Assembly: GCA_963823665.1 (NCBI GenBank)
Contig: CAWGMQ010000006.1
Location: forward strand, 384,001-448,000
Length of the DNA: 64,000 bases
Direction: 5' to 3'
Source of the DNA: an uncultured Planctomycetota bacterium
GTDB lineage: Bacteria; Planctomycetota; Planctomycetia; Isosphaerales; Isosphaeraceae
In this document: positions 28,423-38,512 of the stretch, in pieces
Position numbering within the stretch: position 1 is the stretch's first letter
How the letters are laid out: the number at the start of each line of letters is the position of its first letter
Program-made: the position numbers and the translations under genes
The notes under the pieces: generated by a model
Told to the model about the DNA's origin: nothing
Seen by the model: only the letters and a program-made list of their open reading frames with translations
Database searches by the model: none

Positions 28423-29613
28423 GTGGCCAAACGAACCGTCCGCGACCTGGAGGTATCCGGTCGCAAAGTGCTCGTCCGCGTTGACTTCAATGTGCCGCAA
28501 ACGCCCGATGGGGGCGTCGCGGACGACCGCCGGATCAAGAGTGCTCTCCCCACGCTGAATGACGTCCTCGGTCGCGGCGGCAGTTTGATCCTGGTCAGTC
28601 ACCTGGGGCGTCCGAGTGGTGATCCGGTAGCGGACCAGCCATTCCGGATGGACTGCGTGGCCGAGCGGCTGGCGGAGTTGATCGGACGGTCGGTGATGAA
28701 GGTCGATGACACGGTCGGACCGCTCGCCGCCCTGGCCTGCGAAAACCTGGCTGCCGGCGAGATCGTCGTGCTGGAGAACGTGCGGTTCAATCCGGGCGAG
28801 AAGAAGGGCGACGTCGGATTCGCCAAGAAGCTGGCCGGGCTGGCGGATTGCTACGTGAACGACGCGTTCGGTACGTGCCATCGCGACGAAGCCTCGATGG
28901 TGGCCGTTCCCGAACAGTTCCCGCGCGACCGGCGGGCGATCGGGTTTCTCGTCGAGAAAGAGCTGCGAATTCTGGAAACGCTGCTGGCCTCGCCCAAGCA
29001 CCCGTATGTCGCGGTGATGGGCGGCGCCAAGGTATCGGACAAGATTACCGTCATCGAGAACCTGGGCAAGCGCGTCGACAAGCTTTTGATCGGCGGGGCG
29101 ATGACGTACACATTTTTGAAAGCGATGGGAACCCCGGTTGGCAAGAGCAAGGTGGAAGCCGACAAGCTGGACGTTGCCAGGGGACTGCTGGATCTGTTGC
29201 GCGACAAACTTGTCTTGCCCAAGGACCACCTGGTCGCGACGAAGCCGGAGGCCGGGGCAGAGACGAAAGTGGTGGTGGCGGCGGGAATCCCGGACGGCTG
29301 GTTCGGGATGGACATCGGGCCTGCGACGATTGCGGAGTATAGCTCGCTCATCAAGGGAGCCGGCACCGTGGTGTGGAACGGGCCGATGGGTATGTTCGAG
29401 GTCGAGTTATTTGCCGCGGGGACCAGAGCGATCGCGCAGGCGCTTGCCGATTCGAAGGGAGTGACGGCCGTCGGCGGGGGCGAGTCGGCCGAGGCCGTCG
29501 AGAAATTTGGGCTGGCGGAGCGTGTATCGCACGTGTCGACCGGCGGCGGTGCGTTCCTCGAGTCGCTCGAGGGCAAGTCGTTCAACTCGTTGCGAGTGAT
29601 CCCCGATGCCTGA
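28423..29613 (+). CDS. pgk: Phosphoglycerate kinase
   Basis: VRVDFNVP, SHLGRP, LENVRF, NDAFGTCHR, GGAKVSDK, WNGPMG, HVSTGGGA. Confidence 0.96.
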   Translation: MAKRTVRDLEVSGRKVLVRVDFNVPQTPDGGVADDRRIKSALPTLNDVLGRGGSLILVSHLGRPSGDPVADQPFRMDCVAERLAELIGRSVMKVDDTVGPLAALACENLAAGEIVVLENVRFNPGEKKGDVGFAKKLAGLADCYVNDAFGTCHRDEASMVAVPEQFPRDRRAIGFLVEKELRILETLLASPKHPYVAVMGGAKVSDKITVIENLGKRVDKLLIGGAMTYTFLKAMGTPVGKSKVEADKLDVARGLLDLLRDKLVLPKDHLVATKPEAGAETKVVVAAGIPDGWFGMDIGPATIAEYSSLIKGAGTVVWNGPMGMFEVELFAAGTRAIAQALADSKGVTAVGGGESAEAVEKFGLAERVSHVSTGGGAFLESLEGKSFNSLRVIPDA

Positions 29614-29622
29614 CCCTTACAG

Positions 29623-29985
29623 TCAGTATCGCGCCTCCGGCGGCGCCCCGACGATAATCTGCTTGAACTCGCCGTAGATTCCGACGGGAACGCCGACGAA
29701 CGTTGCGGCGGCCGCTTTCACGACCTTGTTGTCGCCGGAGGTTTCCCAGTAGTCGCGGGGCTTCGAGAACAGCGGATGACGGTCGACGACCGTGGTGGTC
29801 TTGACCGGCGCGACGCTGTGCGTGCCGTCAGCGACGGTTGTATCGCTCTCAACGGCACCGGAGAGGCTGGGCTCTGGAGAAACAACCGTTCGGGGGCGTC
29901 CCACGCCCTGACAACCGGCAGAAACAGCAAAGGCCACGAGGAGCGCCGCGATGGCTCTTCCGCGATATCCACGCATGGTTCGCAC
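29623..29985 (-). CDS. Hypothetical lipoprotein
   Basis: Lipobox-like LLVAFAVSAGC; coding-like composition. Confidence 0.7.
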   Translation of the reverse strand: MRTMRGYRGRAIAALLVAFAVSAGCQGVGRPRTVVSPEPSLSGAVESDTTVADGTHSVAPVKTTTVVDRHPLFSKPRDYWETSGDNKVVKAAAATFVGVPVGIYGEFKQIIVGAPPEARY

Positions 29986-30085
29986 GAGCCTCCTGATTGG
30001 AATTGCGCGTGTACAAATCGACCGCCGGCACCATGCCCGGTCGTGCTATTCAAACATACGCGATGAAGTGGCGAAGGATCGGTGA

Positions 30086-30694
30086 TTACCGCCGCGCGGG
30101 AAGTCCGAACGTGACGCACCAATAGCGCTTGCCATTCTCGCCGGTCGCGCAAGCCACGCCGATCTGGGAAAAACTGCCGAGGATGTTCTTTTTGTGGTGC
30201 GGGCTATCCATCCAACCTTTCATCAGGCCTTCGACCGTGAAGTACCCCGCCGCGACGTTCTCGCCGGCGCGGCGGTATTTGTATCCCGTGGCGACGATTC
30301 GCTGGATCGAGCTGGATCCGTCGCTTCCCTTGTGGGTCATCTTACCCTTTGATGCCATGTCCTTGGCGTGCATCTCGGCCGCGGCTTGCAACCTGGTGCT
30401 TACCTCGAGCGGCGGAAGCTTGGCTTCGGCACGCAGGCGGTTGTGAGCTTTGATGATGTCTTCGCAGGCGGCCTTGGCGTCAAATTCCTTCGCCTTCCGG
30501 GATGGAGTCGCGTCCTGGAAGTCGCTCGTCCGCGAAACGCCGCCGGCCCGAATGGCCGCCGGGCCGCAGCCGCAAAGCGTGGTTGTCGCCAGAGCGACCA
30601 GGACGATTTCACGTGCGAACGACCTGTGCTTTGGTCGGAGAGAGGTCATCGCCGCTCCGGAAAGTATGGCGGGCGAGGCATTGTGCTCCACCAT
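30086..30694 (-). CDS. CAP/SCP domain lipoprotein
   Basis: LCGC lipobox, HNRLR, HAKDM, GENVAAG, WMDSPHHKKNIL. Confidence 0.9.
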   Translation of the reverse strand: MVEHNASPAILSGAAMTSLRPKHRSFAREIVLVALATTTLCGCGPAAIRAGGVSRTSDFQDATPSRKAKEFDAKAACEDIIKAHNRLRAEAKLPPLEVSTRLQAAAEMHAKDMASKGKMTHKGSDGSSSIQRIVATGYKYRRAGENVAAGYFTVEGLMKGWMDSPHHKKNILGSFSQIGVACATGENGKRYWCVTFGLPARR

Positions 30695-30961
30695 TTATAA
30701 TCTTCGGTCAAAGTTCGTGCCAGGCAAGAGCGAGGCGGCAGAGCGGCTCTCCTCTTGCGCGCTTGAGCCGTTGTCGTCGGGTTGATCGGGCTGAAATGCC
30801 GAGTGCCGGCACACCAATCTGGCAATTGCGTGTGGGATTCAAGAACATGGAGGCGATCAAGAACGTCCAGGACGGAGATGGGGCGTTTTTGCGCGGCTGG
30901 CAAACTGCCCGACGCGGTCTGTGCGCGTCGAGCAATCCTCTTCCAAACAGCGAGGTATCAC

Positions 30962-31702
30962 ATGAAGCGGTTTCTGGGTGCAGCTCTAGCGGCGGTTCTC
31001 TTTGTCATTCCCGCCCGCGGTGACGAGAAGGACGCGAACGCGATCGTTGATAAGGCGATCACCGCCTTGGGCGGCGCGGAGAAGCTTGGCAAGGTGGACG
31101 CGTTCTCGTGGAAAGGCAAGGGCACGATCACGTTCAATGGTAACGAGAACGATTTCACGAGTCAGGTGACGATAAAGGGTCTCGAGCAATACCGCCGGGA
31201 GAGTGGCAACGACCAGTTCAGCGTTGTCGTGGTTGTCGACGGTGCCAAGGGCTGGCGCAAGTTCGGCGACAATTCGAGCGAACTGGAAGGCGATGGTCTG
31301 GCGAATGAGAAACGCATGCTCTATCTGAACGTGATTCCTGTCACGATGGTGGCACTCAAAGGCAAGGGATTCAAGTACGAGACTGCCGGTGAGGAAAAGG
31401 TCGGCGACAAGCCGGCCGTCATCTTGAAGGTGACCGGACCGGATGGGAAGGACTTCACGCTCTCGTTAGACAAGGAGAGCGGATTGCCCGTGAAGCTGGT
31501 TGCGAAAAACATGCTCGGCTTCCAGCAAGGCCAAGAGTACACTTCGGAGACGACCTTCGCCAACTACAAGGACTTCGATGGGATCAAGAAAGCGACCAAG
31601 GTCGAGGTGAAGCGCGACGGTGAGGCGTTCCAGAACTGGGAGATCAGCGAGTTCAAAGTGCTCGACAAAGTGGATGCGGCAACGTTCACCGAGCCGAAGT
31701 GA
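30962..31702 (+). CDS. Secreted hypothetical protein (LolA/LolB-like beta fold, planctomycete conserved type)
   Basis: Signal peptide MKRFLGAALAAVLFVIPARG; IVDKAITALGG..., FANYKDFDGIK; GAGG RBS. Confidence 0.75.
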   Translation: MKRFLGAALAAVLFVIPARGDEKDANAIVDKAITALGGAEKLGKVDAFSWKGKGTITFNGNENDFTSQVTIKGLEQYRRESGNDQFSVVVVVDGAKGWRKFGDNSSELEGDGLANEKRMLYLNVIPVTMVALKGKGFKYETAGEEKVGDKPAVILKVTGPDGKDFTLSLDKESGLPVKLVAKNMLGFQQGQEYTSETTFANYKDFDGIKKATKVEVKRDGEAFQNWEISEFKVLDKVDAATFTEPK

Positions 31703-31771
31703 GGTGAGAATCGAGCATGGCCGCCCCACGGGGCGGGTATGCATTCTCGATCAACTCGGGTGAGGAGCGCG

Positions 31772-32608
31772 ATGGCGAGCGAATTCGGAGCCGGATGCGA
31801 GTTCATCGCGCTCGATCTCGAGACGACCGGATTGTGGGCTGCCGCGGACCGGATCGTCGAGATTGCGGCTGTGCGTTTTCGCGAGAGCGGTGAGGTGATT
31901 GACACGTTCCAGTCGCTCGTCAATCCAGAACGGCTGAACTCGCCCGGTGCGTATGCAGTTCATGGAATCACCGATCAGGAACTGGCTCAGGCCCCGCGAG
32001 CGAGTGATCTACTGCCGGAGCTGCTCACATTTCTCGGGAACGCTGAGAGCGCTCCAGTCGTCGCTCACAACGCCTCATTCGACGCGGGCTTTCTGGGCAC
32101 CGAGCTCAAGCGCGCGGGCCTGGGCGTGCCGTTACATGCGATGTACGACACGCTGGCGCTCGCGCGAGAGAGGCTGCCGATGCTCGAAAGTCACCGGCTC
32201 GAGTCGGTTGCAAGGCATTTCGGGCTGGATGCGGCTGGGGCTCACCGCGCGATGACGGACACGCTTCTCGTCAAGGAGATCTGGCTTCGGTTGGGCGGAC
32301 ATCGGAACTGGGACCACTCGATCTCGTTTCGAATGTTTGACGCGCGAGAACGGATGGCGCTTCCGGATGGCTGGGAAGCACTTGAGCGAGCGGTTGCGCG
32401 GCGTGTCGACATCTGGCTGGAATACGAGGGCGGCAGCCGCGGAACCGCCCCCAGGTCAGTCAGCCCGCGGAGGTTGGAAACGCGGGGCGGCTCGGCGTAT
32501 CTCGTTGCATACTGTCATCTCGACGCCCTTGAAAAATCGTTTCGGGTCGACCGGATTCGGGCCATCGAATTCACATCCGAGAACCGGCCAAGAAATGGTT
32601 CGTGTTGA
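31772..32608 (+). CDS. DnaQ-like DEDDh 3'-5' exonuclease fused to a C-terminal WYL domain
   Basis: DLETTG, AHNASFD, HRAMTD; C-terminal LEYEGGS..RSVSP..YLVAYCHL..KSFRVDRI. Confidence 0.85.
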   Translation: MASEFGAGCEFIALDLETTGLWAAADRIVEIAAVRFRESGEVIDTFQSLVNPERLNSPGAYAVHGITDQELAQAPRASDLLPELLTFLGNAESAPVVAHNASFDAGFLGTELKRAGLGVPLHAMYDTLALARERLPMLESHRLESVARHFGLDAAGAHRAMTDTLLVKEIWLRLGGHRNWDHSISFRMFDARERMALPDGWEALERAVARRVDIWLEYEGGSRGTAPRSVSPRRLETRGGSAYLVAYCHLDALEKSFRVDRIRAIEFTSENRPRNGSC

Positions 32609-32648
32609 ACGACGGACCACGGGTGGATAGAGTATTCGTCGTGACCAA

Positions 32649-33239
32649 GTGAATCCTTCCGAGGCAGTGCTCATGCTCACAGGTGCCGTGCTCATTGTGG
32701 TTGCCGTTTTCTTCCGCCTCGCGTCCCCGGCTTTTGGGACATGGAATCTCGTCCCAATGGGCGCGGTGGCGCTCTACGCCGGGGCCCGTTTGCCTCGGCG
32801 CTGGGCTTGGATCGTACCGGTAAGTGCGTTCATCCTGGCCGATCTCTACCTCGATCATGGCACAGGTCGTTCCGTCAATGAGATGTGGCGCTGGGTGAAC
32901 TATGTGACGTTTGGCGCCACGACGTTGATTGGTCCGCTCGCCAGGGTTCAAAAACTTGGTTTTTGGCGTTATCCGGCTCTCGCGCTGGGAGCATCGACGC
33001 TGTTCTTCCTCACCAGTAATTTCTCGGTCTGGGCCGAAGGTCGACAATACTCGATGACAATGGCGGGCTTGTTGGAGTGCTACTACCTCGGGATTCCGTT
33101 CTTCTGGCGAACGATTCTGGCGGATCTCGCGGGCACGGCTGTGCTATTCGGACTTGGCCCAGTATTTGAGCGGGCAGCGAGTCGGGTAGGACTCAATCAT
33201 CTGAAGAAACCCGCGGCGGAATGCGACCTCTTGTCGTGA
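32649..33239 (+). CDS. DUF6580-like putative membrane transport protein
   Basis: WNLVPMGAVALYAGA, STLFFLTSNFSVW, CYYLGIPFF; several TM helices. Confidence 0.75.
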   Translation: MNPSEAVLMLTGAVLIVVAVFFRLASPAFGTWNLVPMGAVALYAGARLPRRWAWIVPVSAFILADLYLDHGTGRSVNEMWRWVNYVTFGATTLIGPLARVQKLGFWRYPALALGASTLFFLTSNFSVWAEGRQYSMTMAGLLECYYLGIPFFWRTILADLAGTAVLFGLGPVFERAASRVGLNHLKKPAAECDLLS

Positions 33240-33307
33240 CCCGACGGGCCTGAGCTTGGGCGCGGATGCGGGCCGCAACAACACACAACTCGTAGTGAGC
33301 GTGCGAA

Positions 33308-34066
33308 TTGGCCAGCTTGCTCGTCAGCGTTCGATCGCCCGTTGAGGCGCGAGCGGCGGTGGCCGGTGGGGCGTCGATCATCGACGTGAAAGAGCCCTCG
33401 CGCGGGTCCCTGGGGCGTTCTGACTCGCTCGTCTGGCAGGCTGTGCGATCGGCGATTCCCCGGTCGATTCCGCTCAGTGTTGCCCTCGGCGAGCTGAACG
33501 AGTGGATTGTGTCCGAACAGCCGCACACATGCGCTCTTGATTGGGCCGGTATTGAGTATTGCAAGCTTGGCCTTGCAGAGGCGCCGACCGACTGGCTCGA
33601 ACTCTGGCGCCGGCTGCGCGACGCTTTGCGGGCGCAGGCGAATCCGTTTCCCGATTGGGTTGCCGTCGTGTATCTCGATTGGGAAGCAGCCCGCGCTCCG
33701 CACCCTGAAGCGATCATCAATGCGGCGACCGAAATGCCCGAATGCCGTGCCGTCTTGTTCGACACATGGAGAAAATCAAGTGGAGCGCGGCTGGATCGGT
33801 CATGGAAGCTGCGGGTTCAGAAGGTGCGCGATTGCGGGAGGCTGGTCGCGCTCGCCGGCTCGATGGACCTGGCGGCGATCGCACGATGGAAGGCCTGGCA
33901 CCCCGATGTTTTCGCAGTTCGGGGCGCGGCTTGTGCGGGGGGTGATCGGCTGGGGCCGATCGATGCAGGCCGGGTCGCGTGCCTGGCTGAGGCCGTGCGC
34001 GGCGGGGCGGAGTCGGGGGAAAACTCGCGCGGCGGGTTCGCTCAAATGTCGAACCGCACGCCCTGA
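33308..34066 (+). CDS. mfnB: (5-formylfuran-3-yl)methyl phosphate synthase (DUF556)
   Basis: LLVSVRSPVEA..GGASIIDVKEPSRGSLG, SVALGE, LFDTWRK, ALAGS, VRGAAC. Confidence 0.85.
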   Translation: MASLLVSVRSPVEARAAVAGGASIIDVKEPSRGSLGRSDSLVWQAVRSAIPRSIPLSVALGELNEWIVSEQPHTCALDWAGIEYCKLGLAEAPTDWLELWRRLRDALRAQANPFPDWVAVVYLDWEAARAPHPEAIINAATEMPECRAVLFDTWRKSSGARLDRSWKLRVQKVRDCGRLVALAGSMDLAAIARWKAWHPDVFAVRGAACAGGDRLGPIDAGRVACLAEAVRGGAESGENSRGGFAQMSNRTP

Positions 34067-35559
34067 GCCAGGGGCAGCTCCCGGCCATGATTGATCGTAC
34101 AGGTCTGCCTGCGCATGTAGGCTTTCCATGCGTCGGATCCGGCTTCCCGGCCACCGCCGGTGGCTTTTTCGCCGCCGAAGGCACCACCGATTTCGGCACC
34201 CGAGGTGCCGATGTTCACGTTGGCGATGCCGCAGTCCGATCCGGACGGCGAGAGGAACTCCTCTGCCTCGCGCAGGTCGTTTGTAAAGATGGCCGACGTC
34301 AGCCCCTGCTCGACGGCGTTCTGAATAGCGATGGCCTCAGCGAGTGTTCGGTAGCTCATGACGTAAAGGATTGGTGCGAATGTTTCCTCGGCCACGATCG
34401 CCATGCCGGGATTTGCTTTGACGAGCGTTGGCTCAACGAAGAACCCGGGTCGGTCCAGACGCTTGCCGCCGTAGACGATTTGTCCCCCTTGCTTCCGCGC
34501 AGCGTCGACCGCAGCCAGCATATTTGTCACGGCACCTTCGCTGATAAGCGGGCCCATGAGAACACCGTTGGCCCATGGCTCGCCGATCGGCACGCGGCGA
34601 TAGACGGCTGCCAGTCGGTCAATGACCTGGTCGTGCATCGACTGGTGCACGATCAAGCGGCGCACCGACGTGCAGCGCTGGCCTGCGGTGCCGACGGCCG
34701 CGAAGGCCGTCGCGCGGAGGGCCAGCTCGAGATCGGCGCTGGGCGTGATGATGATGGCGTTGTTGCCGCCCAGCTCGAGAATCGCGCGGCCCAGGCGGCG
34801 CCCCACGACCTCGCCTACTCGCCGGCCCATCCGGCAGCTTCCGGTTGCCGAGATGAGCGGCAGGCGCTTGTCGGCGATCATGGTTTCACCGATGTCTGTG
34901 GGACCGCCGGAGCAGAGGTTGAAGACTCCGTCGCAATCGTTCCTGCGGCCGACTTCCTCAACAATCTTCTGTACGGCGATCGAGCAAAGAGGTCCCAGCG
35001 GTGATGGTTTCCAGATCATGGTGTCGCCGCAAACGGCCGCGATCATGGCGTTCCAGGCCCAAACGGCGACGGGGAAATTGAAGGCCGTGATGATTCCGAT
35101 GGGCCCCAAGGGCAGCCACTGCTCGATCATGCGGTGCTGCGCTCGCTCGCTGGCGATCGAGAGCCCGTAGAGCTGGCGCGACAACCCAACGGCGAAGTCG
35201 CACATATCGATCATTTCTTGTACTTCGCCTTCTCCCTCGCTGCGGATCTTGCCGGTCTCGACGGTGACGAGGAGCCCGAGATCGGCCTTTCGCGCTCGCA
35301 GGGCATCGCCGAACTGACGGACGACCTCGCCGCGCCGCGGGGCAGGGACCATCCGCCAGCTCCGAAACGCGTCCCGGGCGCGTTCCACGACCCGCTCATA
35401 ATCCTCAGGCGAGGCGGTGCGAACGCCACGCAGCGGTTCGCCCGTCGCCGGGTTTGTCGAATGAATTGTGGAGCGGCCTGTCGCCCCTTTGCCGTCACCG
35501 CACGAGACACCACTGCTCGTCTCCTCGATTCCCAGGCTTCGCAACAGCTCTTCAAACAT
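34042..35559 (-). CDS. Aldehyde dehydrogenase family 7 (antiquitin/piperideine-6-carboxylate dehydrogenase-like)
   Basis: GEGEVQEMIDMCDFAVGLSRQLYG, AFNFP, LELGGNN, GTAGQRCT, EETFAP, GAEIGGAFGGEK. Confidence 0.93.
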   Translation of the reverse strand: MFEELLRSLGIEETSSGVSCGDGKGATGRSTIHSTNPATGEPLRGVRTASPEDYERVVERARDAFRSWRMVPAPRRGEVVRQFGDALRARKADLGLLVTVETGKIRSEGEGEVQEMIDMCDFAVGLSRQLYGLSIASERAQHRMIEQWLPLGPIGIITAFNFPVAVWAWNAMIAAVCGDTMIWKPSPLGPLCSIAVQKIVEEVGRRNDCDGVFNLCSGGPTDIGETMIADKRLPLISATGSCRMGRRVGEVVGRRLGRAILELGGNNAIIITPSADLELALRATAFAAVGTAGQRCTSVRRLIVHQSMHDQVIDRLAAVYRRVPIGEPWANGVLMGPLISEGAVTNMLAAVDAARKQGGQIVYGGKRLDRPGFFVEPTLVKANPGMAIVAEETFAPILYVMSYRTLAEAIAIQNAVEQGLTSAIFTNDLREAEEFLSPSGSDCGIANVNIGTSGAEIGGAFGGEKATGGGREAGSDAWKAYMRRQTCTINHGRELPLAQGVRFDI

Positions 35560-35733
35560 TCTTGGCCGTCCTTCCACTTCCCGCGAGCAGAAACACCGAA
35601 TGATTCCTCCGGCCATCATACCGGCAGTTGCGGCGGAGGGTCACGGTCCCGCCAAAGGAACAGCCGTTGATCGATCGCCGCGGCCGCACGAAAATGGACA
35701 TACCCGGCATCGAGCCACCAAACCGAGGCATTC

Positions 35734-37030
35734 ATGACGAAGTTCTGGCGATGGAAGCCGCACCGGTGCGAGCGAGAGCAGCTTTTCGAGTTCATCGAGC
35801 GCCCCCGTCGCCACGAGCGCTGGTTCAAGGGAGCGATCGTGTGCGCGACCCTGGTGGCGATAGGGATTCCCCCGGTCGTTCTGCCGCTCGGGCGTTATCT
35901 CATGGCTCTGGCAGCATCGCGGGCCCGCAAGGCGGGCCGGGCGGTTTTCCTGCAGGATACGCCGCGGAGCGAGATCGATCAGGATTGGCAGCGCTCGCGG
36001 CTGCGAAACATCGAGCTATCGCGCCGGCGGCTGACCGATGTTTATGACTCCACCGAGCCGGCCTACCAGGCCCTCATGCGCTACGCGGGGCTCGATCCGG
36101 ATCATGGACTGTTGCGCTGGGGCAATTACGATCAAACGCTCCTCCTTCCCTCCGCCGTGTTCGAGCCCGATGAGCAGGGCCGGTCTTATCGGATGCGGCG
36201 ATGCACCCGCTCGATCTGGCTGCGTGAAGTGACGATCCAGAGCGGTGTGCTCGCTTTTTTCCTGGTACCCGATGGTCCGGGACTTCGCGATGCAATCAAA
36301 GGCACGCTGGCCATTCCCGTCGAGGAATCGAAGCAATCGACGAACTCCTGGGGCCTTCGCGGGCCTGAGCCCGAGCTCGATGCGCCGGTGCGGGGGATCG
36401 TGCTCGGCGACTCGTTCATGCAGGGTCTTTTCGTTGACGAGGAACACACGCCGCCGGAATGCTTGCGGCGCGATCTTGAAGCGAGGGTCAAGAACAGGGT
36501 TTCAATCGTGAACGCAGGCGTTCTTGGTTACTCCCCGGAACAATACTATTACTCACTTGTTGCCTTCGCCGATCGCTTCCGGCCGCACTTCGTCGTCGTG
36601 AGCATCTTCGCCAACGACTTCGGCGAGGCCAACGAGGTTACCAAGGGGGGTGGCGATTGGGTTGAAGGGAAGTACTGGCTGGACCAGATCCTGAGCTTCG
36701 CTCGTGCGCGGGATTGCGACCTGCCTGTTCGTGCCCGTGCCGGCGAGTGAACGCACTCTCGGGCGCAGAAAGAGCGGGTTTTATCCCGGCGCAATTTCCA
36801 ATGCTCTGGGCACGAGCGCCATCGAGTTCTTGAATCCCGCGGAAGCTTTCGTCAACGCGCACCTCAATCTGTTGATTGAAGCGGAAGAGCGTGGCGAACG
36901 CCCCTCCGGATGCTTGCTCTACAACGAGAAGATCCGCGACGGGCACTTCTCCGCGCTCGGCGCCGGAGTCTGGGCGGAAGCCGTAGGCCGGCGGCTGGCC
37001 CTCCTCATTGAGATGAACAAGAAGCGATGA
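35734..37030 (+). CDS. Membrane-anchored SGNH/GDSL hydrolase-like protein; frameshift near 36720
   Basis: TM helix, TNSWGLRG, VLGDSFMQG, NAGVLGYSPEQY, FAND, DGHFS in the second frame. Confidence 0.8.
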
Positions 37031-37049
37031 AGAGAAAAGGCGGCTGCCG

Positions 37050-38490
37050 TTGAGCAAGGTTTCGGACTCCCCCCCTGCCCCGTCGCAACGAACGCGCGCG
37101 ACACTCAAGGTGCAGCTCTTGAAGCCGCGCGTCCGGCTGCTTGCCTGGTCCCGGCCGAGGCAGCAGCGGTTTCGTTTCATTGAACGCGCCGAGAAGCTCG
37201 AGCGGCGATTCAAGATCGTGGTCGTCCTTGGAACCGCTCTCTTGATCTTCGGATTCGTGGCGGCCTTGCCCGCGGGGCGTTACTGGGCGATGTGGCTGTT
37301 CACTCGAGGCCGCTGGTTCACTCAGAGTGCCGTCGGTTTGAAAATCGATCACAGCGAAATCGAAAGCGACTGGCGGCGCCGGCGGCTCCATGACGTTGCC
37401 AGCGCGAGAAGCTCGCTTTCGGCGACCTTCGCCGAATACCCACCGGCAATGCAGCGCCTTCTGCGGTTCGCTGAGCTCGATCCCGATAACGCGCTGGTGC
37501 GCTGGGGCAACTTTGACCGGACAGTTCTTCTGCCCGGGAATATCTTCGAGGCCGACGACAGCGGCCGGTCCTACCGGTTTCGGCCGAACGTCCGCTCGAT
37601 CTGGGTGCGGAATTTCCCGGTCAAAGGGCAGGTCAAGGCGTATTTCCAGGTCCTTGACAAGCCTGAGGTCGGAGAGTTTCTCAGAGGCACGGGCGCGATG
37701 CTCGTAGAGGGCTCGGTGCAAACCACCAACTCGTGGGGCCTGCGGGGGCCCGAGCCCAACCTCAGGGCAAGCTGGCGGGGAATCGTCCTGGGCGACTCCT
37801 ACATGCAGGGTCTTTTCGTCGGCGATGCCGAAACGCCGACCGAATGCCTGAAGCGCGAACTGGAGTCCAGGCTGCTGGCACCCGTCGAGATCTTGAACAC
37901 AGGCCACCTCGGCTACTCGCCCGAGCAATACTACTACTCGCTGCTCGAATATGGCCGCAGGCTGCCGCCGCAGTTCGTGGTTGTCAGCATCTTTGCCAAT
38001 GACTTTGGCGGCGACGTTGAGCGCGTCTTGCACGGGAACGGCGATTGGGAGGAGGCCGGCTACTGGCTCTGGCGAATACGGCAGTATTGTCTTGAACGTG
38101 ATGCGCATTTCCTGGTCGTCCCTGCGCCGTGGGTCAGGCAAATCGAGGAACCGCAGCTTGCCGGCTATTACCCGGGGCAGTTTTCGAAACGCGCTCGAAG
38201 CGACCGGGCTCGAATACCTCGACCCGATTGACGACTTCGTCAACGCCCACCTCGAGGCTATGCTCGAGTTGAGAAAGGCCGGGCAAGCTCACACCGGCAA
38301 CACGCTGTTCAACGGCCACGTCGGCGACGCGCACTTTTCGGCGCACGGATGTCGCGTGTGGGCGCGGGCTGTCGCTCGCCGGCTCCAGCTTGTGATCGAG
38401 AAACGGATTTCATCGCAAAACGCCCGCGTGCAGGCCGGGGCGCGAAGAGATGTTACCGAGCCCTCCCGTTCCTCGGCGACCTTGAGATGA
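37050..38490 (+). CDS. SGNH/GDSL hydrolase-like protein (tandem paralog); frameshift near 38185
   Basis: Same motifs: LGDSYMQG, NTGHLGYSPEQY, FANDFG, DAHFS in the second frame. Confidence 0.8.
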
Positions 38491-38512
38491 CCGCCCTCTA
38501 ACGCGGGCAGCG

